Below are positions 18,856-28,844 of a DNA stretch of 64,000 nt, one piece after another. The stretch's first letter is position 1, and every line of letters begins with the position of its first letter. The DNA comes from Pseudomonadota bacterium (GTDB lineage Bacteria > Pseudomonadota > Gammaproteobacteria > Burkholderiales > Burkholderiaceae_A). The position numbers and the translations under genes were made by a program. Location: positions 9,031 through 73,030 of the forward strand of contig JBJOHS010000023.1 in the NCBI GenBank assembly GCA_046047535.1, read 5' to 3'. Below the pieces are notes generated by a model, which worked only from the letters and a program-made list of their open reading frames with translations, was not told where the DNA came from and searched no databases.

Positions 18856-19290
18856 ATGGCTCAGACGATTATTTCTACCGACCGCGCCCCTGCGGCAATT
18901 GGCACCTACTCCCAGGCCATTCAAGTAGGCCAGACGGTCTGGCTTTCTGGCCAGATTGCCTTAGACCCGGTGACCATGACTCTCGTAGGGGATAGCTCTC
19001 TCGACGGGGTTGTTCAGCAGATTCATCAGGTCTTTAAGAATCTGTCTTCGGTAGCGGAGGCCGCCGGGAGCAATCTTGGAGACGTCGTTAAGCTCAACCT
19101 GTTTTTGACCGACCTGAGTCATTTTGCAAAGGTCAACGAGATCATGGCCACTTATTTTCGTCCGCCCTATCCTGCGCGTGCGGCCGTGGGGGTTGCCAGT
19201 CTTCCCCGAGGGGCGGCCTTTGAGGCGGAGGCCGTGCTGGTTATCGGCAGTGCTGCTTCTAGCCTAACGCCCCCCCGCCCCAGCCCTTGA
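18856..19290 (+). CDS. ridA: RidA family reactive intermediate/imine deaminase
   Basis: [18 protein letters not shown] and [13 protein letters not shown]; SD GAGGA before ATG 18856. Confidence 0.92.
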   Translation: MAQTIISTDRAPAAIGTYSQAIQVGQTVWLSGQIALDPVTMTLVGDSSLDGVVQQIHQVFKNLSSVAEAAGSNLGDVVKLNLFLTDLSHFAKVNEIMATYFRPPYPARAAVGVASLPRGAAFEAEAVLVIGSAASSLTPPRPSP

Positions 19291-21365
19291 CGCAGGCTAT
19301 AGTGGCCGAGCCCTGGCCGCAGGGCTTTGTGCGACTCGGGCTGTACCGTCCGACGGACCTCCTTTTTCATTTCCCGCTTCGCTACGAAGACGAGTCTCAG
19401 GTCTTGGCACTGCGTCATTTTCAGACCGGTGATTCTGGCCAGTGTCAGGTGTCGGTGGTCGAGGCTCGGATTGTCTTTAAGCCGCGGAGAACGCTTCTGA
19501 TTCGGGTGGCAGATCACAGTGGTGAGGGCACGCTTCGGTTTTTGTACTTCAAGGACGCGATGCGCCAGAGTTTTCAGCCGGGCCACAAGATTCGCGTTCT
19601 CGGTCAGGCTAGGCGGTCTGCGTTGGGGGATGTGGAGTTCATTCATCCCCGAATTCGTCAGGGCTGGCTCAGTCCAGAGTCTCTCGCACAGCAGCCTCTT
19701 GTCGCGGTCTATCCGACTACCCAGGGTCTCTCACAAGCGGTGATCCGCAGGGCGATGGCCCGGGCCTTGTCTGACCATCGACCTGCCGAGTGGCTTCCTT
19801 CAGATTGGAGAGAAAGACTAGGCTTGACGACTCTGCCTGAGGCGTTGACTACCCTTCATGCGCCTGCGGCCCCTCTGCAGGAGTCTTTGCTTGAGGCCGC
19901 CTGGAACCGTATACGGTTTGATGAACTCTTAGCCCAGCAGGTGGCGCTGCGGCGGGCACGGCTACGACGCGCCGCCCATCGCGCACCCCGTCTTCTTGAT
20001 GCCCAGGGTCTTTCCGATCGTCTTCTGAAGGTACTGCCTTTCAGCCTTACTTTGGGGCAGCAGCAGGCTTGGCTACAGGTACATGCTGATTTATGCCGTG
20101 ATCGTCCGGTACACCGTCTGATCCAGGGGGATGTGGGCAGTGGTAAGACCGTAATCGCGGCACTCGCAGCAGCGCAGGCGATTGGGTCTGGCTACAAGGC
20201 GGTGGTGATGGCGCCAACCGAGATCTTGGCCGGGCAGCTCTTTGAGAAGCTCAGCCAATGGCTACTTCCCCTCGGCGTGGAGACGGTCTTTCTCAAGGGA
20301 GGAGGGCCGGCCGCCCAGAGAAGAGAGGTCATTGCCCGCATTGCCTCACAAGACCCTTGCCTCGTGGTGGGCACGCACGCCCTGATTCAGAAGGAAGTTG
20401 GTTTTTGCCGTCTTGGTCTAGCTATTGTTGATGAGCAGCATCGATTCGGTGTGGCCCAACGTATGGCTCTCCGGGACCGACTCCTGTCTTCGCAGCAGGA
20501 GACTTGCCATATTCTCGGGATGTCAGCGACTCCTATTCCACGGAGTCTTGCGATGACCTTTCTCGCTGACCTCGATGTCTCCGTGATTCGTGATCGACCC
20601 CAAGGACGACTCCCTATTCAGACGCGGCTGATGTCTCAGTCTCGGAGGGACGAGTTGCTCGAACGCCTCTTGCATTTTCTTGCCCACGAGGGACAGGCCT
20701 ACTGGGTATGTCCAGTGATTGAGGAGCAGGAACAGACAGAGCATGGTCTTACCGCGCTAGAGGAGACTCAGGCCTGGTTGGGACCAATCCTTGGAGAGCA
20801 GATGGCAGTCGTCCATGGGCGGCTGCGGCCGGAGGAAAAGGCCGCCGCCATGGCCCGGTTCTCCTCTGGTGCAGTGCGACTGCTTCTCGCGACCACTGTT
20901 ATTGAGGTGGGGGTGGATGTACCCGCGGCAAGACTTATTGTGATTGACCATGCTGAACGGTTCGGGCTCGCACAGCTCCACCAGTTACGCGGGCGAGTTG
21001 GTCGCGGCGAGGGCCAGAGCACCTGCATTCTGCTCTACGATGCCGCCCTGTCGGACACAGCACGAGAGCGGTTGAAGGCCCTCTACGAAACAGATGATGG
21101 ATTCGAGCTTGCGAATCGCGACCTCGCCTTGCGCGGCCCGGGAGAAATTTTGGGCATGCGACAATCCGGGGAGGCTGGACTTCGGTTTAGTGATCTCGTA
21201 CGCGACCATGCGCTGGTGCAGGCCGCAGTCGAGGCGGGCCAGAAGATCGCCGAGGCCTATTCAACGCCGGCAGACTTGGCGGCCATGGGCCTATCGCGAG
21301 CGGCGATAGATGCGCTTCTCGACCGGTGGGCCCGTAAGGCCGACGATCTGCTGCGGAGTGTCTAA
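19287..21365 (+). CDS. recG: ATP-dependent DNA helicase RecG
   Basis: [41 protein letters not shown] and DL.LRGPGE. Confidence 0.97.
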   Translation: MTQAIVAEPWPQGFVRLGLYRPTDLLFHFPLRYEDESQVLALRHFQTGDSGQCQVSVVEARIVFKPRRTLLIRVADHSGEGTLRFLYFKDAMRQSFQPGHKIRVLGQARRSALGDVEFIHPRIRQGWLSPESLAQQPLVAVYPTTQGLSQAVIRRAMARALSDHRPAEWLPSDWRERLGLTTLPEALTTLHAPAAPLQESLLEAAWNRIRFDELLAQQVALRRARLRRAAHRAPRLLDAQGLSDRLLKVLPFSLTLGQQQAWLQVHADLCRDRPVHRLIQGDVGSGKTVIAALAAAQAIGSGYKAVVMAPTEILAGQLFEKLSQWLLPLGVETVFLKGGGPAAQRREVIARIASQDPCLVVGTHALIQKEVGFCRLGLAIVDEQHRFGVAQRMALRDRLLSSQQETCHILGMSATPIPRSLAMTFLADLDVSVIRDRPQGRLPIQTRLMSQSRRDELLERLLHFLAHEGQAYWVCPVIEEQEQTEHGLTALEETQAWLGPILGEQMAVVHGRLRPEEKAAAMARFSSGAVRLLLATTVIEVGVDVPAARLIVIDHAERFGLAQLHQLRGRVGRGEGQSTCILLYDAALSDTARERLKALYETDDGFELANRDLALRGPGEILGMRQSGEAGLRFSDLVRDHALVQAAVEAGQKIAEAYSTPADLAAMGLSRAAIDALLDRWARKADDLLRSV

Positions 21366-21381
21366 TACTACTGAGAGCGCT

Positions 21382-22308
21382 ATGACCCTGACAGAACTTC
21401 GATACATCGTGGCGGTGGCTCGGGAGCGCCATTTTGGCCGTGCCGCAGATGCCTGTTTTGTAAGCCAGCCCACGCTGTCTGTCAGTGTGAAGAAGTTGGA
21501 GAGTGAGCTGGGTACCCAGATCTTCGAGCGGGGGGGGGCTGAAGTGAGTCTGACCCCCATAGGGGAACAGCTGGTTGCCCAAGCGCAACGGATACTAGAT
21601 GAGACGGCCAAGATGAAGGGTATTGCTGAGCAAGGCAAGGACCCATTAACTGGTCCCCTGAAGGCCGGCGTGATCTACACCATCGGACCCTATCTTCTGC
21701 CCAAGATTGTCATGGCACTGATTAAAGAACATCCCCAGATGCCGCTGATTTTGTCGGAGAACTACACAATCAAACTGCTCGAGCAGCTGCGTACCGGAGA
21801 GCTCGATGTGGCTATTCTTGCGGAGCCATTTGACACCACCGGGCTTGATATCGTGCCGCTCTACGACGAGGAGTTTCTCGTTGCGGTTCCCAAGGGGCAT
21901 CCTTGGGAGCGTCGTAAGACAATCGAGTCGGTCGATCTTAAACAGCAGACAATGCTCCTATTGGGAATCGGACACTGTTTTCGTGATCAGGTCTTAGAGG
22001 TCTGCCCCGAGGCAGCCCGTTTCGCCCAAAACTCCGCGGGAATTCAAAAGACTTTTGAGGGCAGTTCGCTTGAAACGATTCGGCACATGGTGGCCTCAGG
22101 ACTCGGGATCACAGTCCTACCACGGATGGCAGTGCCGCTTGATGGCAAAGATTCAATGCTTACCTTCATTCCCTTTGCGCCCCCGGTTCCCATGCGGCGT
22201 GTTGTGATGGCCTCTCGTAAGAGTTTTGCACGTCAGTCGGCCGCCCAGTGCCTCGGGGAGGTTATTCTGCAGTCCGACCTGCCAGGCTGCATCAAGCTCA
22301 TTTCTTAG
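21382..22308 (+). CDS. oxyR: Hydrogen peroxide-inducible LysR regulator OxyR
   Basis: MTLTELRY HTH; redox Cys pair GHCFRDQVLEVC; GSSLETIR.MVASG; follows recG. Confidence 0.95.
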   Translation: MTLTELRYIVAVARERHFGRAADACFVSQPTLSVSVKKLESELGTQIFERGGAEVSLTPIGEQLVAQAQRILDETAKMKGIAEQGKDPLTGPLKAGVIYTIGPYLLPKIVMALIKEHPQMPLILSENYTIKLLEQLRTGELDVAILAEPFDTTGLDIVPLYDEEFLVAVPKGHPWERRKTIESVDLKQQTMLLLGIGHCFRDQVLEVCPEAARFAQNSAGIQKTFEGSSLETIRHMVASGLGITVLPRMAVPLDGKDSMLTFIPFAPPVPMRRVVMASRKSFARQSAAQCLGEVILQSDLPGCIKLIS

Positions 22309-22316
22309 GACCTCGT

Positions 22317-23240
22317 ATGGTTCAGCCGCATGCCCCGTTTACCTGCCCGTCGCTCGAAGGATCCGTCGGTAATACGCCCCTGGTGTCGCTCGCGCGCGTT
22401 GCGGGTCCCATGCTGGCCGCTCGAGGCAACCTGATTCTCGGTAAGCTGGAGGGCAACAATCCAGCGGGATCCGTCAAAGACCGACCCGCCGTCTCGATGA
22501 TTGCGCGGGCTGAGGCACGTGGAGAGATTCGGCCGGGCGACACCCTGATTGAGGCCACCAGTGGTAATACCGGTATCGCCCTTGCCATGGCGGCCGCTAT
22601 GCGTGGATACAAGATGGTATTGATCATGCCAGACAATCTATCGCTGGAGCGCAGGCAGACCATGAAGGCCTTTGGCGCTGAGCTGATTCTAGTCAGCCAG
22701 AAAGAAGGGATGGAGGGGGCCCGAGACCTGGCCGATCAGATGCAGGCCGAGGGGAGAGGGCGGGTTCTGAATCAGTTCTCCAATGATGACAACTGGCTTG
22801 CCCACTACGAGGGCACGGGCCCAGAAATCTGGGCGCAGACCCAGGGTCGGATCACCCATTTTGTATCTGCGATGGGAACCACGGGCACTATTACAGGCGT
22901 CTCCCGCTATCTCAAAGAGCGTAACCCAGAGATAGAGATCGTTGGGGCACAGCCGGCAGACGGATCGTCGATTCCTGGAATTCGTAAGTGGTCACCAGAG
23001 TATGTGCCCCCAATTCGGGCCAAGGCGTTTATCGATCGTATTGAGGAGGTGACGCAGGCCGATGCTGAGGCCATGGCGCGTCGTCTGGCTTCTGTCGAGG
23101 GCCTTTTTTGTGGGCCGTCGGCAGCCGGTGCCTGCCTTATTGCCCTGCGGGTCGCCGAGGCCTTGGAGAATGCCACGGTGGTCTTTATTGTCTGTGATCG
23201 CGGAGACCGCTATCTCTCCACGGGGATTTTCCCTGGCTAA
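22317..23240 (+). CDS. cysM: Cysteine synthase B
   Basis: PLP Lys motif NPAGSVKDR; EATSGNTG, MGTTGTI, IPGIRKW and CDRGDRYLS. Confidence 0.95.
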   Translation: MVQPHAPFTCPSLEGSVGNTPLVSLARVAGPMLAARGNLILGKLEGNNPAGSVKDRPAVSMIARAEARGEIRPGDTLIEATSGNTGIALAMAAAMRGYKMVLIMPDNLSLERRQTMKAFGAELILVSQKEGMEGARDLADQMQAEGRGRVLNQFSNDDNWLAHYEGTGPEIWAQTQGRITHFVSAMGTTGTITGVSRYLKERNPEIEIVGAQPADGSSIPGIRKWSPEYVPPIRAKAFIDRIEEVTQADAEAMARRLASVEGLFCGPSAAGACLIALRVAEALENATVVFIVCDRGDRYLSTGIFPG

Positions 23241-23287
23241 GGACCACGCGCTGTCCCTACCCCGTAGACCAGGGCCTGTCGCGTTGA

Positions 23288-23884
23288 TTAAGACTTCTTC
23301 TTTGCGGCTGGCCTGGAGGCAGTTGTCTTCGATTCCACAATTTTTTTTGCTGCCGGCTTCTTTACAGAGGATGTTTTTGTCGCCAACTTTTTCGCTGCGG
23401 GGTTTTTAGCGGCAGCTTTTTTGGCAGTTGTTTTTTCCTTGGCAGCCTCCGTTGGCGAAGAAATTGATGTCTTGTCGGCAATTGGCTTGCGTGCTGTGGG
23501 CCTTCTTTTGACAGAAGGCTTGGGCCGGCGGAAAGCGGAGACGACGAGTTCTAGGGGCAGCGGCCTTTCTCCCCAGATGTCCTCAAGCCTGTAGTACTCG
23601 CGGATCGCGGGCTGAAGGATATGTACAACCGCGTCGCCACAGTCGACTAAGACCCATTCTCCGGTGTCTTCGCCCTCCGAACCAAATACCTCACCACCCC
23701 CTTTCTTGACCTTATCGTGGACGTTCTTAGCGAGGGCCCGGGTCTGGCGGTTAGAGGTTCCTGTTACCAGAATTACACGGTCAAATAGATCGGTAAGACC
23801 CGTCGTATCGCAGACGAGGATGTTTTGACCTTTCATGTCTTCTAGCGCGTCGACAATCAGGTACTGCAGGGTTTCGATATTCAG
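23288..23884 (-). CDS. rsfS: Ribosome silencing factor RsfS with a Lys/Ala-rich C-terminal tail
   Basis: IVDALEDMKGQNI, TGTSNRQTRALA, WVLVD.GD.VVHI and REYYRLE..W; downstream of nadD. Start inferred at CTG 23884. Confidence 0.92.
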   Translation of the reverse strand: MNIETLQYLIVDALEDMKGQNILVCDTTGLTDLFDRVILVTGTSNRQTRALAKNVHDKVKKGGGEVFGSEGEDTGEWVLVDCGDAVVHILQPAIREYYRLEDIWGERPLPLELVVSAFRRPKPSVKRRPTARKPIADKTSISSPTEAAKEKTTAKKAAAKNPAAKKLATKTSSVKKPAAKKIVESKTTASRPAAKKKS

Positions 23885-24543
23885 GGCGAGCCTCCTGGGG
23901 GGTGAATATAGAGCTGATGGTGATGAATATACCGTGCGACATCGGGGCTGACGGCGTCCTCAAAGGCTAGCCCATCACGCACCCTTTGCCGTATCTCGGT
24001 GGAAGAGACGGTATCGGCTGGAAACTCAATAACGCAGAGCCGAGCACCGGCCTGCCGCAGTTTCTCTTGGGCAGTTGTCGCTTCTGTCCCCGGCCGTTTG
24101 CAGACACCGAGATAGAGCTGCGCAATGAGCCACTGCCACCGCCGCCATTGGGTGAAGGAGGCAAGCTGGTCTTCCCCGAGAATCCAGACTAAGGGCCGCG
24201 CGGGAGATTCGTCCTGGAACCCAGCGACTGTGATGTAACTAGCGCTTTCCTGCCCCTGTCGAGCTGCAGTAACCTCTCGGTCATCGAGCACCATACGATT
24301 GTCTCCGAGCGCCTGAAGGGCGAGCCGAGTCATCGCGAGTCGGTCTTCAGCCGACGCCGCAGCAGTCTTATGCACTGGCTGACCGGTAACCAGCCAGCGG
24401 ACCTCGCTGAGTCTGAGTTGGTTGGCCGCGGCCTGGGCCATTGCAATATGGGCGCGATGTACGGGGTCAAACCGTCCGCCAAAAAGCCCCAAGGCATTCG
24501 GTGGCACGTAGTCTGGGGCGGGTCCGAGATTCGATGGCGCCAT
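23881..24543 (-). CDS. nadD: Nicotinate-nucleotide adenylyltransferase
   Basis: GLFGG.FDPVH.AH, ILGEDQ...F..W..W and SSTEIR; sits upstream of rsfS. Confidence 0.92.
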   Translation of the reverse strand: MAPSNLGPAPDYVPPNALGLFGGRFDPVHRAHIAMAQAAANQLRLSEVRWLVTGQPVHKTAAASAEDRLAMTRLALQALGDNRMVLDDREVTAARQGQESASYITVAGFQDESPARPLVWILGEDQLASFTQWRRWQWLIAQLYLGVCKRPGTEATTAQEKLRQAGARLCVIEFPADTVSSTEIRQRVRDGLAFEDAVSPDVARYIHHHQLYIHPPGGSP

Positions 24544-24551
24544 GGCCTGAA

Positions 24552-25991
24552 CTAGGGCAGGCCAAGCGCACTGGCGACTACCCCGAGGGAGATACAGATC
24601 AGCATCGTGATCACCATCCCCATACGAAACTGCAGCATCAGAATGATGGCAAGGCTTGCGATGAGTCCGGCTACCAGATCGAGCATACGTATCGATCCCC
24701 AATCGCCAGTGGGCGTTGGCCAGAGAATGTATCGGGCGAAAATAAGGCTGAGGTCGATCATCACTGCGACCACAGCGGCGCTGATGGCTGTTAGGGGCAC
24801 AGACCAGGCCGGGATCTTTCGGCTGGCCTCGATCCAGGGCGCCCCGGCCAAGATAAAGACGAACGATGGGAAGAAGGTGCAGAGGGCTGCAACGGCGGCC
24901 CCGAGGCAGCCCGCGACCAGAATGGGTAGTGCCGTGAGGCTGGTGTGCTGCGCGGCGGCGACAAAACCAAGAAAGACGTTGACCATTGAAAGCGGCCCGG
25001 GTGTCGTTTCTGCCAAGGCAATACTGTCAATGAGCTGCCCTGTCGTCACCCACTGTTTTTCGCTTACCAGCGTATCAAAGACGTAGGGCATTACGGAGTA
25101 GGCGCCGCTAAATGTCAGCAGACTTGCTTTGATGAAGAAGCTCGCCATTTCAGCGAGCATGCCTGGGAAGTAGAGCTTCAGTGCCCCGTAAAAAATACTG
25201 AAGAGTGCCGCTGCAATCGCCAGGGCCCCAGCCACATGGTTGAGGTCGAATTGGCTGGTGCGTGGTGGGGGAGTATGGTCATCAATGGCATAGCCGGAGC
25301 CTTCTTCACCGCCCGCAAATGCCATCTGACCAGGACTGCCTTTGACTGAACGGAAGGCTTCTCCGGCTAGGTGCGAGGGCATGAGTCCGATCGGCAGATT
25401 GTTAAGGGGATGGGTCGAGAAGAGATGCAAGATCCAGCCAGTAAGCCCCGCCAGAACCACAACCGTAATGAAGGAGGCTCCGATCTGGAGGAGGAAAAAT
25501 GTTGTGAGGGCGATGGCCCACCAGAGTCTACCCACCAGAACGCGTTGGGCCAGTCGAACGCTTGCGGTAAGCACGATTGCGAGCACGGCAGGCTTGAGAC
25601 CATAGAGAAGGGCCTGCACTTCTGCCACCTGGCCGTAGTGCACATAGAGCCCGGCCATGGCCATCATGACAGCCAGAGACGGCAGAATAACGAGAAACCC
25701 TGCGGTCAGCGCCCCCCATGTGCCGTGCAGCAGCCAGCCGATGTAGGCGGCCAACTGCTGGGACTCCGGACCCGGAAGTACCATGCAGAAATTCATGGCA
25801 TGGACAAACCGTTTGGGGGAGATCCATCGGCGTCGCAACACGAGTTCTTGATGCATCAGGGCGAGTTGAGCAGGGGGGCTGCCAAAAGAGATCCATCCAA
25901 GAACAAACCAGAGGCGAAGCGCCTGAAAGAAGGATATGGGGTGTCTTGCCGTAGCCTTTTCAGGCGTAGCCTCATCCCCCCCAGAGGGCAT
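24552..25991 (-). CDS. chrA: Long-chain CHR family (chromate efflux-type) transporter
   Basis: Two CHR halves with LPGPE.QQLA.YIGW and AETTPGPL. Start uncertain (ATG 25991 or 26024). Confidence 0.88.
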   Translation of the reverse strand: MPSGGDEATPEKATARHPISFFQALRLWFVLGWISFGSPPAQLALMHQELVLRRRWISPKRFVHAMNFCMVLPGPESQQLAAYIGWLLHGTWGALTAGFLVILPSLAVMMAMAGLYVHYGQVAEVQALLYGLKPAVLAIVLTASVRLAQRVLVGRLWWAIALTTFFLLQIGASFITVVVLAGLTGWILHLFSTHPLNNLPIGLMPSHLAGEAFRSVKGSPGQMAFAGGEEGSGYAIDDHTPPPRTSQFDLNHVAGALAIAAALFSIFYGALKLYFPGMLAEMASFFIKASLLTFSGAYSVMPYVFDTLVSEKQWVTTGQLIDSIALAETTPGPLSMVNVFLGFVAAAQHTSLTALPILVAGCLGAAVAALCTFFPSFVFILAGAPWIEASRKIPAWSVPLTAISAAVVAVMIDLSLIFARYILWPTPTGDWGSIRMLDLVAGLIASLAIILMLQFRMGMVITMLICISLGVVASALGLP

Positions 25992-25998
25992 GACAGCG

Positions 25999-26610
25999 TC
26001 AGTGGCCAAGGAGTTGTTCAACATCGAGGGCCAACTTCTCTGCACTAATGTCGTGGGGTGCGACAAGCCGCAGTCTGCCCTCCGGATCAAAAAGGTAGGC
26101 GAAGGTCGTGTGGTCTATGGTGTAGGCGCGCGGGTCTTGAGGGTTTGTGGTCGAGGGAACCTTTTTAAAGTAGACACGAAACTCTTTTGCAAGGGCCTCG
26201 GTCTCTTCGAGCGAACCGCGAAGCCCAACAAACGCGGGATCAAACGCAGCAAGAAACTTCCCGAGCGATACCGAGTCGTCTCGTTCGGGGTCTACGGTCA
26301 CAAAGACCACTGCCAGATCTTTTGCCTTGGGACCCAGCGCTTTTTTCACCTCCAGCATCTTCGCAAGGTGGGTCGGGCAGGCGTCGGGGCAGTAGAGAAA
26401 GCCGAAGAAAACAGCCACCGCCTGGCCCTTAAAGTCTGCCAGAGTAGTGGCTTTACCCTGCAGATTGGGCAGGCTGAAGTCTTGTCCCCATTGGGCTCCA
26501 GTGACATCCATACTGTGAAACTGCGGAGATTTAGGTGAACAGGCGGCGAGGCTCAAAACAATTAAGAGGCCGCAGGCACGCCAAGGCAGTGAGAAGCGAG
26601 GGAGTTTCAT
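25999..26610 (-). CDS. SCO family copper chaperone lipoprotein
   Basis: Lipobox LAAC; CPDAC (CxxxC), TVDPERD and conserved His in YTIDHT. Confidence 0.93.
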   Translation of the reverse strand: MKLPRFSLPWRACGLLIVLSLAACSPKSPQFHSMDVTGAQWGQDFSLPNLQGKATTLADFKGQAVAVFFGFLYCPDACPTHLAKMLEVKKALGPKAKDLAVVFVTVDPERDDSVSLGKFLAAFDPAFVGLRGSLEETEALAKEFRVYFKKVPSTTNPQDPRAYTIDHTTFAYLFDPEGRLRLVAPHDISAEKLALDVEQLLGH

Positions 26611-26633
26611 AAATACCAGTATTTTACGGTCCT

Positions 26634-27842
26634 ATGTCCCAGAACCGCCATAAAGAAGACCGGCAAGGCCATAAAGCCCCAAGTGGCCAGGTAACCGCTC
26701 ATAGACCAGGACGCTCTTTGGCCATTATTGGTGCTGGCCTTGCAGGCGCCTGTGTTGCCCGTGCAGTCGGTCGGGCTGCGGCGGCGGTGAGAGACACCGG
26801 TTTTAGGCTGGCGGTATTTTCGTCGGGGGCTGGGCCGGCAGATGGGGCATCAGCTGTGCCCGTGGGCGTGGTCCATCCGCTTGACTCACGCGACCATAAT
26901 CTCGCCAGTCAGTTTTTTGCGCAGGGTGTTGCAGCAACCATTGGCTGGGCACAAGAACTAGGGGCAGCTAAGGCCGGCTGGGCCGATTTTTCTGGCGTCG
27001 ATCAGTACCAGGGCCATGGAGTATCCATCCCCCACCAGCAGCCCGGAGGCTGGGTGCGGCCGGCAGCGCTGGTAAGGGCCTGCCTCGAGGATGCACAGGC
27101 CTGTCTTGGCCACCGATTTCAGGGCCACCTGGGCCACACGATTGCAGCCTCCGACTGGCAGCACCTGCGGTCTGCGTTCGACGTAGTTGTGGTCTGCACC
27201 GCCCAGGATATCCTTTTGCCGCAGGCCGGCTTAGCCCTGCAGCCGCTCGCCGGCCAGCTCTCGTCTATTGCCATTCCGGCAGAGCATCTTGTCGCGGCGC
27301 GGAGATACCGGCCTCGGGTTGCCTGCGGTCCAGGGTTCGTGACGCCGGTTATTGATCGGGAGGTTTTTTTTGGCGCAACGTTTCATCGCGGGCGGTCTCA
27401 GGCCGCGGTCTGTCATGAAGACCATCTTGCCAACTTGGCATACCTCGATCACCTCTGGCCCGAAGCCGAGAGGCCCTGCCCCCTGGGCATCGATAGTCTC
27501 AAGGGCTGGGCTGGTGTCCGGTTTGCCACGCGCGACCGCCTTCCCCATGTTGGCCAGCCTGTAGACCCCGTAGCCTATCGATTGGGAGCGTCGGCCTGGC
27601 GCCTGGCCCGGTCGGTGTCGCAGCTCCATCAGCTCCCTCGTGACCCAGGTATCTATGTCTTACTGGGGCTGGGTGCGCGAGGCCTATCTGCAGCGGTTCT
27701 GGGTGCAACTGCGATTGCAGCTGAGCTTTTTGGCCTGGATCCGGTCCTATCGTCGCGGCTGAAAAATGCGGTGGATCCTTGTCGATTTGTGCTGCGGGAG
27801 CATACGCGGGCCGAGGGAGGCGGTAGACTTGGGCTGCCATGA
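26634..27842 (+). CDS. FAD-dependent oxidoreductase, MnmC C-terminal (oxidase) domain only
   Basis: IIGAGLAG, GGWVRP.AL, GATF, GVRFATRDRLP.VG, GLGARGL and VDP.RF; no N-terminal methyltransferase domain. Confidence 0.75.
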   Translation: MSQNRHKEDRQGHKAPSGQVTAHRPGRSLAIIGAGLAGACVARAVGRAAAAVRDTGFRLAVFSSGAGPADGASAVPVGVVHPLDSRDHNLASQFFAQGVAATIGWAQELGAAKAGWADFSGVDQYQGHGVSIPHQQPGGWVRPAALVRACLEDAQACLGHRFQGHLGHTIAASDWQHLRSAFDVVVVCTAQDILLPQAGLALQPLAGQLSSIAIPAEHLVAARRYRPRVACGPGFVTPVIDREVFFGATFHRGRSQAAVCHEDHLANLAYLDHLWPEAERPCPLGIDSLKGWAGVRFATRDRLPHVGQPVDPVAYRLGASAWRLARSVSQLHQLPRDPGIYVLLGLGARGLSAAVLGATAIAAELFGLDPVLSSRLKNAVDPCRFVLREHTRAEGGGRLGLP

Positions 27843-28771
27843 ATCTACAGCAACTCCGCGTATTGCGGGAGACCGTCCGCAACAGTTTTAATCTGAGTGA
27901 GACCGCTCTCGCCCTCATGGGATCTCAGTCAGGGATCAGCAAGGCCATCAAGGAGCTCGAAGATGAGCTTGGCGTCGAGATTTTTGAACGAAAGGGTAAG
28001 CGTATTTTGGGACTTACCCTCCCCGGGCAGGCAATCGTGGCCCATGCTGAACGCGCCCTTGAGGAGGTGCAGAATATGCGCCGGGTCGCCGAGCGGCTGG
28101 GCCATGCCGATGAGGGGCGGCTTGTCTTAGCAACCACCCATACACAGGCCCGCTACTCCTTGCCTGAAATCGTTCGTGCCTTTCGTGCTCAGTTTCCCAA
28201 GGTCCAGCTGGCGCTGCGCCAGGCCAGCCCCCCCGAAATAGCTGGTCTCCTGGAGACTGGCGATGCCGACTTGGCGATTGCCACCGAGTCGCTGAAAACC
28301 AATAGCCTATTTGTGACCTTTCCATTCTTTAAGTGGTATCACGGGGTCATTGTTCCGAAGGGTCATCCCCTGGCAGTCCAGGCTTCTCAAGGGGTCCCCG
28401 TCTCCTTGAAGGACCTCGCGGCCCAGCCCATCATTACCTATCACGAGGGTTTTACGGGCCGAGGAATGGTCGATGCGACATTTGCCCGGGAAGGTCTTCG
28501 ACCCCAGGTTGTCATGGAGGCCCTCGATGCCGATGTCATCAAGGCCTATGTCGCTCTTGGCATGGGTGTGGGAATTGTGGCTTCTGTCGCCTATGATGAA
28601 GAGACGGACAGAGAACTCTCTCTGATCGATGGCAGTGAGTTGTTTGCCGAGAATACAACGGTGCTGGCTGTTCGGCGGGGCAGGCTGCTGCCGGGCTATG
28701 CCACCCGATTCATCCAGCTCTGTGTGCGAGGGCTGACGGAGGAGGCGCTTAGCCAGGCGTTGCAGTCATGA
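27839..28771 (+). CDS. CysB/Cbl family LysR regulator
   Basis: MNLQQLR...R...NLSE, SQSGISK.I.ELE.ELG, ATTHTQARY.LP and DADVIK.YV.LG.GVGI. Confidence 0.92.
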   Translation: MNLQQLRVLRETVRNSFNLSETALALMGSQSGISKAIKELEDELGVEIFERKGKRILGLTLPGQAIVAHAERALEEVQNMRRVAERLGHADEGRLVLATTHTQARYSLPEIVRAFRAQFPKVQLALRQASPPEIAGLLETGDADLAIATESLKTNSLFVTFPFFKWYHGVIVPKGHPLAVQASQGVPVSLKDLAAQPIITYHEGFTGRGMVDATFAREGLRPQVVMEALDADVIKAYVALGMGVGIVASVAYDEETDRELSLIDGSELFAENTTVLAVRRGRLLPGYATRFIQLCVRGLTEEALSQALQS

Positions 28772-28844
28772 GCGTATGGTGTCTCCAGCCGGGTATGGAA
28801 TTGGGTCGATTTTTTGTCGAGACCCTACGTGAAAGGACTGTGTC

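Noticed and set aside
23241-23287. rlmH-maf-rng do not follow nadD-rsfS
   Set aside because: Simple synteny break with no visible remnant or mobile element.
24455-24495. NadD motif GGRFDPVHRAH differs from the canonical GGTFDPxHxGH
   Set aside because: HxAH variants occur in NadD of other betaproteobacteria as I recall, and the other motifs are intact. No reason to infer loss of function.
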